The notes under the pieces are model-generated. The model ran no database searches. It worked only from the letters and a program-made list of their open reading frames with translations, and was not told the origin of the DNA. A stretch of DNA of 64,000 nucleotides. It comes from the human T2T-CHM13v2.0 reference genome, Homo sapiens. The DNA lies in NCBI RefSeq assembly GCF_009914755.1, contig NC_060929.1; one strand, given 5' to 3'. Each line of letters starts with the position of its first letter. Within the stretch, counting starts at the first letter, position 1. This document shows, piece by piece, positions 28,434-41,844 of the stretch. A program made the position numbers and the translations under genes.

Positions 28434-30967
28434 TCTCCTTCCTCCGTGAAGTGCCCTCCGCCCCCAGGGCCTGGATTCCGGCCACCAGCTCTCCTGCCCC
28501 GGCTTTTAACGTTGGTCCCTGCAACAGGCCAGAACATCTGCCTGTGAACGCCATGGAACTCTGCCCCTGCGCTGGGGTCCTGCCAGCAAAGAGTTTAAAC
28601 AAACAGAACTGGGCAGAAACGAGATGGTCCGCCGGTTGTAAAGGGTCGCACCTCATGCGCACACGCTCGGGTTTCATGATAATCCGAGTGATGGTTCTCC
28701 TGAGGAGGATTAGGAAGAAAACGTTAGGGGGCTCTGCGGGGAGCAAGAAAAAGTGGTTGTGTACCCAAGACAAACACTGCCAAGAAAGTGGCCTTTGCTG
28801 ACCAATAAACCAAAGTGTGGGAGGGGGTGGGATTGGGGTACTGGAGGAAAGGAAAATTTGGGGCTCTGTCCAACTCTTCTAGTGCCTAAGTCAGACCTTC
28901 ACCAGCAGAAGACCGTTCCACTGAATGTGTGGAGAGAGATTACAGCAACCCCAAACCACTGTGGTCAGAGGCTGGCGGGAGCTCCTGCATGTGGGGGAGG
29001 AGCAGCAAGCCCATGTGCCCTCCAGAGCCAGGCAGGTAAGCCAGGAGGGGCGCAAGGGACACCGCAGAGCACACACAGTGAGCCACAGCAAATGACACCG
29101 GCCTCAGCACTGGGAAGGTATTAGGGAGTGGTGGGGACTGCATCCAGCTGGAGGAACACACCCCACCCAAAGCAGGCACCTGGGACTGAGCTGCAGCTCC
29201 AGCCGGTCTCTGCCAGGCAGGAATGTAGGCCCAGTGGTGCCAATCTTCTCTGATTTTTTTTTTTTTTTCAAGAGAAGCAGAAAAGAACAAATTTTGTTTT
29301 TTGATGTGCAGGTTCTCAATTTTTAAACATTGGCAATGAGTTCAAATGGGTTTTGAAATACTATGTGGGCCAAGCAAAATATATCTGTTAGCCAGATTTG
29401 ACTCACAGGCCACTGGTTTGCAATTTTCTGAAGTTTTGGTACCGTAATAAAAGCAATGGGTCCTGCCTGGATTCAAACACCAGTTCTCCCATCTGCTGGC
29501 TGGGCAACCTTGGGCAAGTCCTCTAGCCTCTCCAGGCCTCAGTTGCTCCATCTGTAAAATGGGGATAATAGTAGTGTCTACTTGATATGATATTTGAGAA
29601 AACTTCATGAAATCATGTCATGGAAATTCCTTGATATCTCTCTCTCTCTCTGGAAATGTTAGCTTTATTACTAATGCACCCTCTGCAGGCTCCCTGGGGG
29701 AATGGAAGATAAAAACAGCGGCAACGGGCAAAAACGGAGGTGAGGAAAATGGACCAAGCAGGCAGAACAGAGCCAAACCAGAAAACGCCGGCCAAGCTTT
29801 CCCTTACTTGCTGTGTCAGAATGGCCCTTCAGGGATGATTGGCACAAGCTGACATCAAATTGACAAGAAAAGATTGGGCAGTGGCCTGAAGAGTGGCCCT
29901 CCAGTATCTGTCCACCTCTTTCCAAAATAGCAACAGGCGACCTTGGGAGACCTTTTGGATTGCAGCAGGAAGAAAGTCAGTTACAGAGGGTGTCCTAGAG
30001 GAGGTAAAAGGATGCCTCCGGTCTGTGGCTCAGCCACTGCCCCACTCTGTGACTTCAGCCAAGTCATTTCATCTGCCTCTGAGACTCCACTTACCCATCT
30101 GTAAAATAGGTTGACAACAGCTGCCTCTCAGGATGCTGGTGGTGATTAGCGATCACGCAGTATAGGTAGGGTCTGGTACAGAATTCATGTTCGACAAGTG
30201 GGAGCTGCCGTTATTGGCTGTCGTTTAGTTATTTTTATGAATGAGGCAATAGAGGTGCTTGTCTGACCAGCATCCGCTGACCTCTCTTCAAGTAACTGCC
30301 CCGTTTGCCTCTAAAGAACCATTCCTCTCCTGTTCCCCACCAAATGGTTCCGTTGGTGTTGGCTCCTCCCCAGGCTCCAGGGACAGGCGTGTGAACCCGG
30401 CACAGCTAATGAGAATAGCGTAGTATCCCAGGCCAATGGGAATCAGATCCAGGACTTGCATTCAAACCATGAGGGAAGAGAAGCTTTCCCTTTCCACCAG
30501 ATCTGTTCTAGTGAGGAGTAGGCCGGAGCTGCTGGCAGCTTTCTCACTGCCACATGGGAAGAGCCTGTCTGAGAATGATATCAATAATGAGGAAATCAGA
30601 GCAAAGATTTGGAAAAATTCTTGTTTCTTGATAACACTGCTTAAGCACCTGGATCCAGCTGTGCCTAAAGTTAGCACTGTGTCGGACTCTTCAGTTACCA
30701 CAGCCAAAAAATTCATTTTCTGGCTTAGACCATTTTGGATTGGGTTTTCTGTAACTTGCAACCAAGAAACTCAACAGATATACGAGCCTTAAGGATGAGT
30801 TACGAAAACACCCCAGGGGAGAGTTTCATTAGCTGGCACGTCTTATAGGCTCTCAGACCATGCTTTGAGCATGATAGCACTACTTCCTTCTTCCAAGAGT
30901 ATGATAAAAATCCTTCCAAGAGTATTCCAAAAGCCTTGCACAGACTTTGGGTAATCTTCTCTTAAAG

Positions 30968-31191
30968 CAGTGGTTCTCAATGGGAGAGGGATTTTGTCCC
31001 CTAGAGGACACTTGGCAATGTCTGCCTACATTTTGGGTTGTCACAATGGGGAGGCAGGAGGGATGATACGTGCTACTGACATCTAGTGGGTAGAAGCCAG
31101 GGATGCCGCCAAATATCCTACAAGGCACAGGACAGACCCCACAAACAATGATCCCATCCAAATGTCAGTCGTGCTGAGGTTGAGAAACCCA
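30968..31191. mobile_element. MER20 hAT-Charlie DNA transposon
   Basis: cagtggttctcaa...ttggcaatgtctg...ggttgtcacaa...catctagtgggtagaagccagggatgc...gctgaggttgagaaaccc. Confidence 0.88.
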
Positions 31192-32154
31192 GGAGAAGTG
31201 ATACATCATCCCGTGTTCTACTCCTACCAGCCCCACCATACTTAAAGACGAAAACCAGGCCACTTAATGGGAGTATGGGAACTTTATATACCTCATGATG
31301 TTTTCTTAGGGTATGCAATGCTGTGATTCAAGCCCAGTTGAAAGAAAGACATTGCCCAAAGTTTACACACAGATATGCCTAATCCCCTCTGGGGTCTGCA
31401 GCCTCCCTGCTATCACCATAACAATCACAGCCCATAACTACTGGACGAACAGGAAGAGCAGGAAACCTCTCTGAAGATGGACAGTCTAACACATGCCTGC
31501 TCTCCCACACCCAGCAATAATGGATCCGACAAATAAGCAAATTATACGAATCCCACATAGCCAATAAAGGGGGAAGACAGCATTTCCTCTCTGTCTAGAG
31601 GACCATTTCTCAGTGTACTGCTCCTCAGAACACTAGTCCTGTGAGATACTCAAAGGGGAAAAAATAATGATTTCAAGGTCAAAAAGGTGTGGGAAACACG
31701 AAAGCCCCTGTTACCTTTGTGGATGGTAACAACATCCATGAACACATGAAAGGCTCTGATAAGTCCCTCAGCAAATAAACCTGCTTCCTTTTCTTTAACT
31801 TGCTATTTCCCAAACTCACTTGATCTCAGAATCCCTTTGCACTATAATACTTAATTAATATTCCACTGAACTATTGTCCCACAGGACACACATTGGGAAA
31901 CATTGCAAGGGAACTACAAAGAAAATGAAATATAAGATATTAATGAGATGTAATAGCTGATCCAGGGAAACCAGGTGACGGTGGAAAGAGACCAACCGCT
32001 TTGGCAGGAGAACTGTGCCTTAAACTTCTCAGTATTGCTCATCCCAACCTCCCTGGGGCACCCACTTATTTATGGCTACTCCAAGAAAAGTATCCTGAGG
32101 GCCAACCAAGTGCCAGGCATTGGGCTACCTACTGGGATTTAAAGATAAGTCATG

Positions 32155-32308
32155 GGCTGGCCGTGGTGGCTCGTGCCTGTAATCCCAGCGTTTTGGGAGG
32201 CTGAGGCAGGAGGATGCTTTAGGCCAGGAGTTCAAGATCAGCTTGGGCAACACAGCGAGACCCCTTTCTCTACAAAAAATTAAAATATTAAAATTAAAAA
32301 TAAAAAGA
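32155..32308 (+). mobile_element. FLAM_C Alu monomer
   Basis: Left-arm-type monomer with A-rich tail. Confidence 0.85.
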
Positions 32309-33619
32309 GATAAGTCAGACTCCAGTAGACACTGCGGTAATGAGTAGGAGTCAGAGACCTGGCTGCAGAGCTGATGATGTTGCTCTGTGAATCCAATGCC
32401 TTCCTGCTGAGCCCTCTCACTTCCAGGAGCCATGAAACACGGGCGCATTTGTCCCTTGGATCTCAGTCAGTTATACTGACCTTGTCAAAGCTTAGCAAGG
32501 AGCTGGGGTGGATGGGGAGGAGCAGAGCCTCCTGGCGGAGTTTGGGTCCTGATCTGTGAGTGATGGTGTCAGCCACACCTGAGTGCCCTCCTAAGGGAAA
32601 CCATCCCATCAGGAGGCCCAGGGGGAGGGAAATGGCTTTAGGCTGCGCTTGAACAAGGAATGCCCCCTGATTGGTCAAAAGGGTCCCCTGAACTCAAGAG
32701 CAGCGCATCCATTGGCTGCTTGGTGACCTATGAGGACGCTGGAACAAAAAGCCCCACCCAGGAGTTTCAAGTCATGGAGCTGATCAGGCTCTGTCCCTTT
32801 GGATTTAAATAGGAAGAGACTGAGTGAATCAGCAAATTGGTGGCGGAGGAGAAGTTGCTCAAGAAACCAAAAGCTGACACTGGAGTGATGCAGCGAAGTT
32901 TTTGTGAACTCCGGCTACGGAGGGATCTGAGAGCTAAAAGCCTGCCCAAATTCCTGACCTCGTGGCACAACCAGGGCAGACCCCAGGCAGGTGGCCCACG
33001 GCCCTGGCTCTTATTCCGTGAGTCAGCACGGGAAACTTGGGGTTCGGCTGCTCCTCGAAGAGCCAGTGCCAGCTCAGCCTGACTTCGCCCAGGGAAAGGC
33101 ACCGTTTTGGAACCCCACAGTCACCAAAAGTGGGACCTCAGTAGTAATGACAGTCCTGTCCAAATGCTGCTGGGATGGGTCTGGGCTTCAGCAGGAAGCC
33201 CCTTCGCCTCTGAGGGCACCTGTGGAGTCTAGGACCATTTGAACATCCCAGTTCCTTTCTTCCCAGTTCCTTTCATCCCATGTCTGCCATCGTGACACAT
33301 TCTGGCTGAGATCACACCCAGAGGGTTGACAAGGCTGTCCCAGAAATCATGTGGTGGGCACCGCAGAAGCACAACAATGAACCTTGTTCCTGGAAAAATA
33401 AGGCCACGTGCTGTATCCAGAAGTTCTAGACAGGGCTGAATGGGGTTTGGGAGGTGGGGGTCAAGATGAGGAAGGTAATCAAGGTTATGTACTTGCCTGG
33501 GTAATGAAATTATGCCACCAAGGCTTACAGAAAGGGGGCCAGGGTCAACTTTGCTTTCCTGAATTCTGCTCTCCAACCAATAGAGTTACAGAGGGGGCAG
33601 CAGCCACAGGACCACATCT

Positions 33620-33845
33620 TTGGATACTCATGGACACCAAGATGGCAGGAGTAGACACTGGGGATGGCTAGACGGGGGGAGGGAGGGGATACGTGTTGAA
33701 AAACCACCTATTGGGTATGAGCTCAGTACCTGGGTGATGGGATCAGTCGTACCCCAAACCTCACCATTATGCAATATGCCCAGGTAACAAATCTGCACAT
33801 GTGCCCCCGAATCCAAACTAAAAATTGAAATTCTTGAAAAAAGGG
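33620..33845 (+). mobile_element. L1PA15/16-like 3' end
   Basis: gtacctgggtgatgggatcagtcgtaccccaaacctcacc...caggtaacaaatctgcacatgtgccccc plus A-rich tail. Confidence 0.8.
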
Positions 33846-34104
33846 AACCATGTTGTATACCCCTTGAATTTCACTTGCAGTTTTAGAACCTAAGTCTCAG
33901 TGACTGCTGTCTCAGGGCATGAGGGTGAGAGCCAGTTTGGTGAGGCCACCAGTGGGTCCCACAGGCAGCAGAGGCCCAGAACTCCTCTACAGCTTTCCAG
34001 GAACCATGCATCTATCAGCAAGACTTGGGTTCAAATCCCACTGGGTTCACTGAGCCCCCATGTCCTGCTATACAGGCTCTTCCATTTAGTTATGTGTATG
34101 ATCA

Positions 34105-34527
<423 letters not shown>

Positions 34528-35520
34528 TTACCCTTTTCTTGTCTCCCTCTTCCTTCTCACTTCCCTATCCCTCCCAATAGTTAGTTTAAAAGCAGAATCA
34601 TTTGCATGACTGAGTGCTTGCATGTAGACTTTTCTCTTTTTGCCCTTGGCCAGCTTGATGGTACTCAAACTCTCAATGGGTGCAGGAATCACTGCACTGG
34701 GTCCCATCCATACACACTGTGTACTGTATTGAAGCCACATTTTAAGGGTTTTTCAAGCATCTTGGACTCTATGGTTTTCCACCTGCAGTGCTCACTTTAG
34801 AATCTGAGCATCATGAAAGGGGAAACTCCACTGCATGCCCAAAGTTCTGGAATCCAGGAGTTTGTTCATTCAACACATCTGCGTTATTAGTACCTGCGAC
34901 TGGGGCTGAAGACACAGAGAGGACCAAAACATGGGTCCTGGCATGGAAGAAATCAAAAGTCCTCCATAAACCCTGGCTGGGCTCACTTCATCTCACTGAA
35001 TGCTCCGAGCAGGTCCGGGAGGGAGGACTGATTAGAAAGGAGCCGCGCCCTGTCCTTGGTCACCTTACCCCTGAAGAGCGTCGATGAGATTCAAACCCAA
35101 ACTTTTCTGACCCCAAAGGCAGACTATTTTGACCCTTTCTGCTCGTGCACATTAAAAGCTAAAATACCAAAGAGAAAGTGAAAAGGGCTCAAAAAGAGTT
35201 CAGGGGCTGAGGGCTTTTAGCTCCTGCTCTGTGGACCAGGGAGGAGGTGATATTTGAGCTAGGCCTTGACGAACATGCAAAAGTAGTCATTTCCCACAGG
35301 AAAAGGCGTGCCTAGTGGCAGCAGCAGGGGACACTGGCCAGCCTCCATTCCCCTTTTTGCTTGGACCCCAGAATCCTAATCCTCTGGGGATCTGCCTCCC
35401 TTCCATTCTCAGCCCGTGTGGTTTGTGTGGGGTCGACCCCAACCCTGACCACCAGGGATTATTTCCGTGGGTTTTAAGGGTGGGCACATGATTCTACCTG
35501 AGCCAAGGACACTTAGTCCC

Positions 35521-35661
35521 ATGACTCTTTGGGGCTGCTGGGAAGAGATTTTGCTCCACCACAGATGCTCAAAGGATAGGACATGCTCTTGCGGCTGCTG
35601 GGAAGAGATTTTGCTCCACCAGAGACACTCAAAGGATAGGACATGCTCTTGGGGCTGCTGG
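35521..35661 (+). repeat. 60-bp tandem duplication (~2.3 copies) inside an MLT1-type LTR (~35330-35890)
   Basis: ctcttXgXggctgctgggaagagattttgctccacc...ctcaaaggataggacatg recurs at exactly 60-nt period. Confidence 0.9.
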
Positions 35662-37728
35662 CAGCCACCTGGATACCATGTGGAAGCAAGCCTGCTTTAG
35701 AATGAAACTGTGAGAAAGGAGAGCCAGACAGAGAGGCAAGGAGGTGAGGCCCAAGAGCTGATGACACAGTTGGAGCTCCTAGATCCAGCCATGCCTGCGA
35801 CCAGCCCATTCCTTGGGTATGTGTGACACAAGCCAATAAACGCCCTTCTTTGCAGAAGCCAGTTGAATGGGACTTCTAGCCCTGGATCAATAGAGTGAGC
35901 AGAGTGGAGGGCTGGGAATACTGGTCTGAGAGGAGGAAGCAGCTGAGACTACATGGGTCATTGCTATTCAGTTGGGACTGCAGAAATCAAAATTATTTTT
36001 TAACCTCTTATTTATCACCTCTTATTGAACGTAATTTACAGAGGGGTTGGTCAGAAGCCAGGATAATAGAATTGTATGTGCCTTAGCAGATCTACTGTGG
36101 CTCATATTCTCATTTTGACGAGGAAACTGGGGCTCAAAGAGTCAAAGGATGTTACCCAACGTGTTGCAGACAGCAAGTCACCCTACTGAGAGCAGGATGC
36201 TAGAGAACAGCCCCGGGATAAGCCAGCTGGGATGTAGGGAGTGGGGGAGGACCTAGATATTGGGCTGAGGAGAAGGAAGTAGTGGGGAAGGCACCTGGCA
36301 AGATGCCTGGGCCGGGCAGGCGGCATGGATGGCCAGCCTCAGCGTCAGAAGGAGCAAGGTTCAGATCCTGGCTCTGCTGTTTTACTAGCGGAGCAATCTT
36401 GAAAGCCACTTCCTGTCTATGCCTCAATGCAATTGTTTATAAAATGTGGGCTCAGTTCTTCGTTTAACTACAATTTCTTGAGCTCTGTGATTACCACTTC
36501 CCAAAATGGTCTCTGAACAAGACAAACAAGGTCCTGGTACTTCAGGTGACATTTCTGGTAAGGAAAGTCAAGAAGCATGGCATTTGTTCCTCATCCGCCT
36601 TGCTGTGTCATAACGTAGGCTTCCTGGAGGCAGGGATATTTGTCCGTTTTGTCACGGCCTAGCTTAGCACCCAGCACATAGTAGGCCTTCAATAAATGTG
36701 TCTTGAATAAATACAAGTCAACAAATAAAGTAATGGTAAGTACTATAGAGTAAGTGGAACGCAGGATGCAATAGGGGGGAATGTGGGATAATTTAGATTG
36801 TCTGGTCAGAGAAGCCTCCTCTTTGGGGGCAGTACTTGGGCTGAGACCTGAATGATGAGGAAGCAGCCGTGCAAATAGCTGGGGAAATGCATGCAGTGCG
36901 TGCAAAGGCCCTGAGCTAGAAAAAAAGAACGGAAAGAAAGCTCATGTCGCTGGAGTGGGAGTGAGAGAGGAAAGCATGACATAAAATGGCATGGAAGCAG
37001 GGAAGGCTCAGATTACTGCAGACCATAACAAGGAGTTTGAACTTGATTCTAAGCACAGTGGCAGTCACTGGGGAGTACTGGGCAGGGGGGTGACATGCTC
37101 TGACATGTGCCCACTGTGTGCTAGATGGATTTCAGCAGGAAAGACCATAATGTATGTTACCCACAGCGTCTAGCACATAATAGGTGCTCAGTGTGCAAGA
37201 TATCCGTCACTGCCCCAATGCCACATCCACATGGTTTGCCAACATCCAATCCAGGCCAAGAATCATGTTCTTATCCTGGGTTCAGCCTCCCTCCAGCTAC
37301 CCTGTATACTGGGACAGTCCCAGGGAAGCCAACAGACTAAGCTTTGGGGAACATCCTCCTGTCTCCTTTTGGTTACGGTAACAACCCAGGAGAGACTATG
37401 GAGAGGCCGGGGGCGAAGGCGGGAGTGAGGCCTTCTGTTAAATGTTGAGTTGCTCCCAACATACTTTTCAGACATTCGTTCGCTTTGCCCAGTCTCCTCC
37501 GTAAGAGACATGCTTTCGGATGTGTTTTGAAAAATATTCCATATGCTAATGGAATGTCACCATCTGCCAAAGAAGGCAGAGCTGTTTTTAAAGGAAAAAC
37601 TATTACAGAAATGAGGTATTCACAGAGGGGCACTAAAGAGCCCAAACGTCGCTGACCTGAGTCTGACCTGGGCTGCCTCGTGTTACCAACATGAAAAGGG
37701 AGTGAGAAAATCTGAGGCCAATTAACTT

Positions 37729-37759
37729 CTCTCCCTCTCTCTCTCTTTTTCTCCCCTTG

Positions 37760-37797
<38 letters not shown>
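37729..37797 (+). repeat. (CT)n pyrimidine tract
   Basis: Directly visible. Confidence 0.9.
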
Positions 37798-37798
<1 letters not shown>

Positions 37799-40243
37799 CC
37801 CCCTCCTCTTCTTGGAGACATGATGAAATTTCCTGAAACAAAAACTCGCAGCCCGTTCAATAAAATGCTTTCGCCTTTGGTGGAAAAAGCCCCGATGGTC
37901 CCTTTTATCTCTTCATTCCTGAGGCACAGACCTGGCCCCCCGTCTGTTTGTGCAGATGGGCTGCAGGGAGCGTTCCCAAGGACAAGCCAGGCAAGGGCCG
38001 GAGTGGAGAAGCTATTCCCGGGCGCCTGTTTGTTATTGCTGCCAGAGCCCTGGCCGTTAGGAGAGTGTGGTGCTGTCTTGGAAGAAGTGTGAAGCGGGAT
38101 TAGGTGTCCTGCGGTGTGATTAGTGGACAGGCATTGTTCCCCAGGAGGCCCAGGCAGCTTGGAGGCAAGTGTTTGCAAAAGAGAGTTTCCAAGTCCTGAG
38201 AGCGTCCACAGGCCCTGCAAAGACTGCTGGGTATCACGCTCCTGCCTCTCCCGCTGCTCCTTCCCACCTTTGTCACAGGCTTGTCCTCCCGTGCCCCTTT
38301 CCTAAATGCAGATGTTCCTCTGGGCTCTTTCTTCTGAAACCACCACTTGTCTCCTTCTCTTCTAGGCAGCCCAGGGGCTCCACTCAAACTTCTCTGGGGC
38401 CCCTCCAATGTCCACATCCAAATGCATCCCCCTTCCACCCCCCGGATCAACCCCAATTCCCTTATCTGGGAGAGCTGGACACCCCTGCAGCCCATTGCCC
38501 ACTCCAGAAATCCCCACCTCAAGGCCTTGGCGTATGTCCACGCCCGCAGCCTAGAACATCATCCTGTCCCAGCTCAGTGCATGACCAGCGCCTGCTTATT
38601 GAGATCTTGGATCCAACGTCCCCCAGGCCACACCTAACCACTGCCCAGTGTAACCTCTTCACGGCAATCAACACTATCTGAATTTATCTTGTAAATGCAT
38701 GTTTGTGGACACTACAGCAATCACTGCGCACTGTTTCTTTCTTCTAGAACGGAAGCTTCCTGAGAGCAGGGACCTTGTGTCTTCTTCCATTATAGCCCCA
38801 TCTAGTGGCACCCAGGAGACACGCACTGAATATGAATGCTGTTGTCAGCGCCTCCAGCTCCCTCCACACTAAGCCCCGTGGCTCCCAACACCCTCTCTCA
38901 CCTCCTCATGTTCCCTATTCTGGACCTTAGCATCTCTCTCCTGAATCTTAACTCTAGCTTTCTAATTGGTCACTCCTGAGCCTAAAACCAGCCAGTGGTT
39001 GCCCCTGCCCCCAGGATGGAGCCCCCACCCCTCAGAATGGCCCACAGGGCCGGCCACAGTCGGGTCCCCCTGCACCTGTCCGGCCCCTTGCACTCCATCG
39101 CACTTTGTGCACTGTTGAAGACACACCAAGAACATATGCCAGGGACATATCAGTGGAGGGGAGAAGAGAAGGGCAGAGGGTCTGTGGGTGCCAAGGGACC
39201 ACACAGTCTGAGCCTGGCTCTTCAGAGAGACTCTGCGGGCATCCAGGGGCCCACGGAGCATGAAGAGGGAGATGCTAGGGCAGCGCGCTAAGAGGCCAGC
39301 TGTGGCCCCCAAGGCAGACCAGAATCAACACTAAGTTCAGCCGCTCCCAAAGACAGATCCAAGCCTCAGTATCTTCAACCATAAAACGGTAAGAACATAA
39401 ACCATGCAGGGCTACTGGAAGGATGAGAGTACACAAAGCCCTCACCAGCAGCCTGGCACCCACGAATCTTTATTTTTTATTCACTCACTTATCTTCATTC
39501 TTGCTGTAGCTGGCATGATCCAACCTCTTCCCCACCATCACCCACCACCTATACACACCCTGAAGGCATGAAATTTTCCCGTCCCCTCTGGAGACAATAC
39601 AATTCACTGAGGACAGTGACATGTTTAGACCTCATTCTCTTCCCAGAAATACTAGCTGGGGATATGATAGGTTGACTACCTTTATAATTATTTGTAATAA
39701 TAAAACTAACAAATATAACTCAGTATAAACCTATTCACTGGCCCATCTCCCTTTCTTCCACCCACTGAACAAACCAGGCCCTGATTACAAACTCAAGTCC
39801 TCATTGGGACCAGTCCTCAGGGTCAGCTCCTGTATTTCCCCTCAAGAGGTCCAGACAGGCTTCAGGTTTGCCTGAGCACGTTTATTTGACAGCACGACAC
39901 CCCAGATTCCACTAACTCCTGTCCCTTCCTCCCCTCTGAGCATTCTGTTCCCTTTGTTTAAATGTCTAAGTTGAAGCTGCAAGGCACTGTGCTAGGCACT
40001 TTAGAGATGTCATTTCATCCCCATAGTAATCTTAAAACACTGTCTCTGCTCCCCAGCTGAGGAGTTTGGGTTCAGGATAATAAATGCCCTTGCCCGTGGG
40101 ACCTGCTGCCAATTAGGTGGCAGGGCTCCAATCCTGAGCTAGATCTCTGGGCCCCAAAGCCCAGGCTCTTTCCTCTCTGCCATTCGGTAGAGAAGTGGCC
40201 CCCACAGGATGGTCTCAATGGTGTTCTAAGAACATCCCTCCCA

Positions 40244-40392
40244 CTGGGCGTGATGGCTCAAGCCTGTAATCTCGGCAATTTGGGAGGCTGAGGCAGGAGG
40301 ATCCCTTGAGTCCTAGAGTTCGAGGCTGCAGTGAGCTATGACTGCACCACTGCACTCCAACCTGGGCAACAGAGCTAGATGCTTAAAAAAAT
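40244..40392 (+). mobile_element. Alu monomer (FRAM/FAM-like)
   Basis: ctgggcgtgatggctcaagcctgtaatc...cactccaacctgggcaacagagc. Confidence 0.85.
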
Positions 40393-41844
40393 AATCCTTC
40401 CCAATCCCCTGCGTTGGTGGTATTTGGAAGTACAAACACAGCCTGCGAGAAATGGCAAAGTCCACTGGATCTGAAGGTGGTGGTGAAGGGTAGAGACAGC
40501 TTAAGTTGTACACACTGAGATCTCACCAGAACATCAAGTTTAAGCTGTTCCTAAATCTGTCCCCACTCAAGTCTTTGGCCTTGTAATTTCCAGGTTCTCC
40601 CAGGCCAGCCCAGTAATAACTCACATACTCTGAGCAATAAAATCAAACAATTCCTAGAGAAAGGATAAGCAGATGACCACAAAGCTGAAAATAATGTACA
40701 ATCTCATTTATAGGATTCTACTTTCCAGTTTACCTGGCACGCACTAAGAAAAAGTTACTTATGACCTGCCCTACAAATCTTTCACATGGCTACACCTAAC
40801 CAATATAATTTTTAAATTACTGAATTAGTGCATTTGGTGTATGGGGTCCGTCGTCCTATCTGTGGGCAGGTAAACACCTTGAGATGGCCATATACTCAGT
40901 CATCCCACAGATGCTGAGTGAGTGCCTACAAAGTGTTGGATTCAGCTCTGTGCAACAAGCCAGCAGGAGCCCCAATATCTTAGCACTACAAGACAAGCTC
41001 CCAGAGTCTTCACCGGCTGGAAGAGCAAGCTGTGTATAGAAAAGAGGGTATCTATTGAAGGACATGAAAGAAACTGGTTAACCATCATTTGAGGGACTGG
41101 GGGTTAAGGGGGAGAGGAAAAATTACTTTTTACTCTTATCTTTTTGTGATTTGTAAATTGGTTCTCTTAACCACATGCATGACACATTTGAAAAACGTTT
41201 TCTACAAGAAAAACGGGTGGGAACAATTACATAGAAATACTCTAATCTCATGCAAAAAGTCCGCATTACCAACTGGGTTGACTAATGGGGGAAGTTTAGC
41301 CTAGCTATCAAAAAAACTCAGCTTCTACTCAGTCCTACTGAATAGAATTTCTGAGTAGAATCCTACAGATACTAACTCGACTTTTTCTGCTTCAATACTC
41401 TACCAGTGACACACTTGCACACACAAAACTATTCATTTCTGATGCTATGGTGGAGAGGGCTGCGAAACTGCCCCTCACACCTCCATGGCCCTTCTTCAAG
41501 AAGGGGAGGATCCACTCACACCTGAAAGCCACTTGGGATGTCTCAGAGGCCATTTTCATGTTGACAGTAACTTGTGAAGCAATTAATTATGTGTGGGAAG
41601 CAGATTTGCAGGGCAAGAGTTCTTAGCTAGCCCTCAGCTAACTCCTGAGGTTCAAGCTAGCTTTCGGCAAAAGCCCAAGACAAGGAATCATATCATCTAC
41701 TACAACATTCTCACACGCCAAAACCAGTTTGCCTTCAAACTCATTTTACAGAACAGATGATTCTAAAGATCTATAAATTTTAATTGTATGTCACTGAATT
41801 CCTAACAGCACTTAACAGTTTCTTTGAAAAATTTCTTAACAGAA

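Noticed and set aside
35521-35661. CRISPR-like repeat-spacer array
   Set aside because: Eukaryotic DNA; whole 60-bp units are duplicated with no unique spacers and there are no cas genes.
37633-38681. Overlapping 195-aa and 170-aa ORFs
   Set aside because: Include a translated (CT)n tract (REREREV) and L2-like sequence; no coherent protein.
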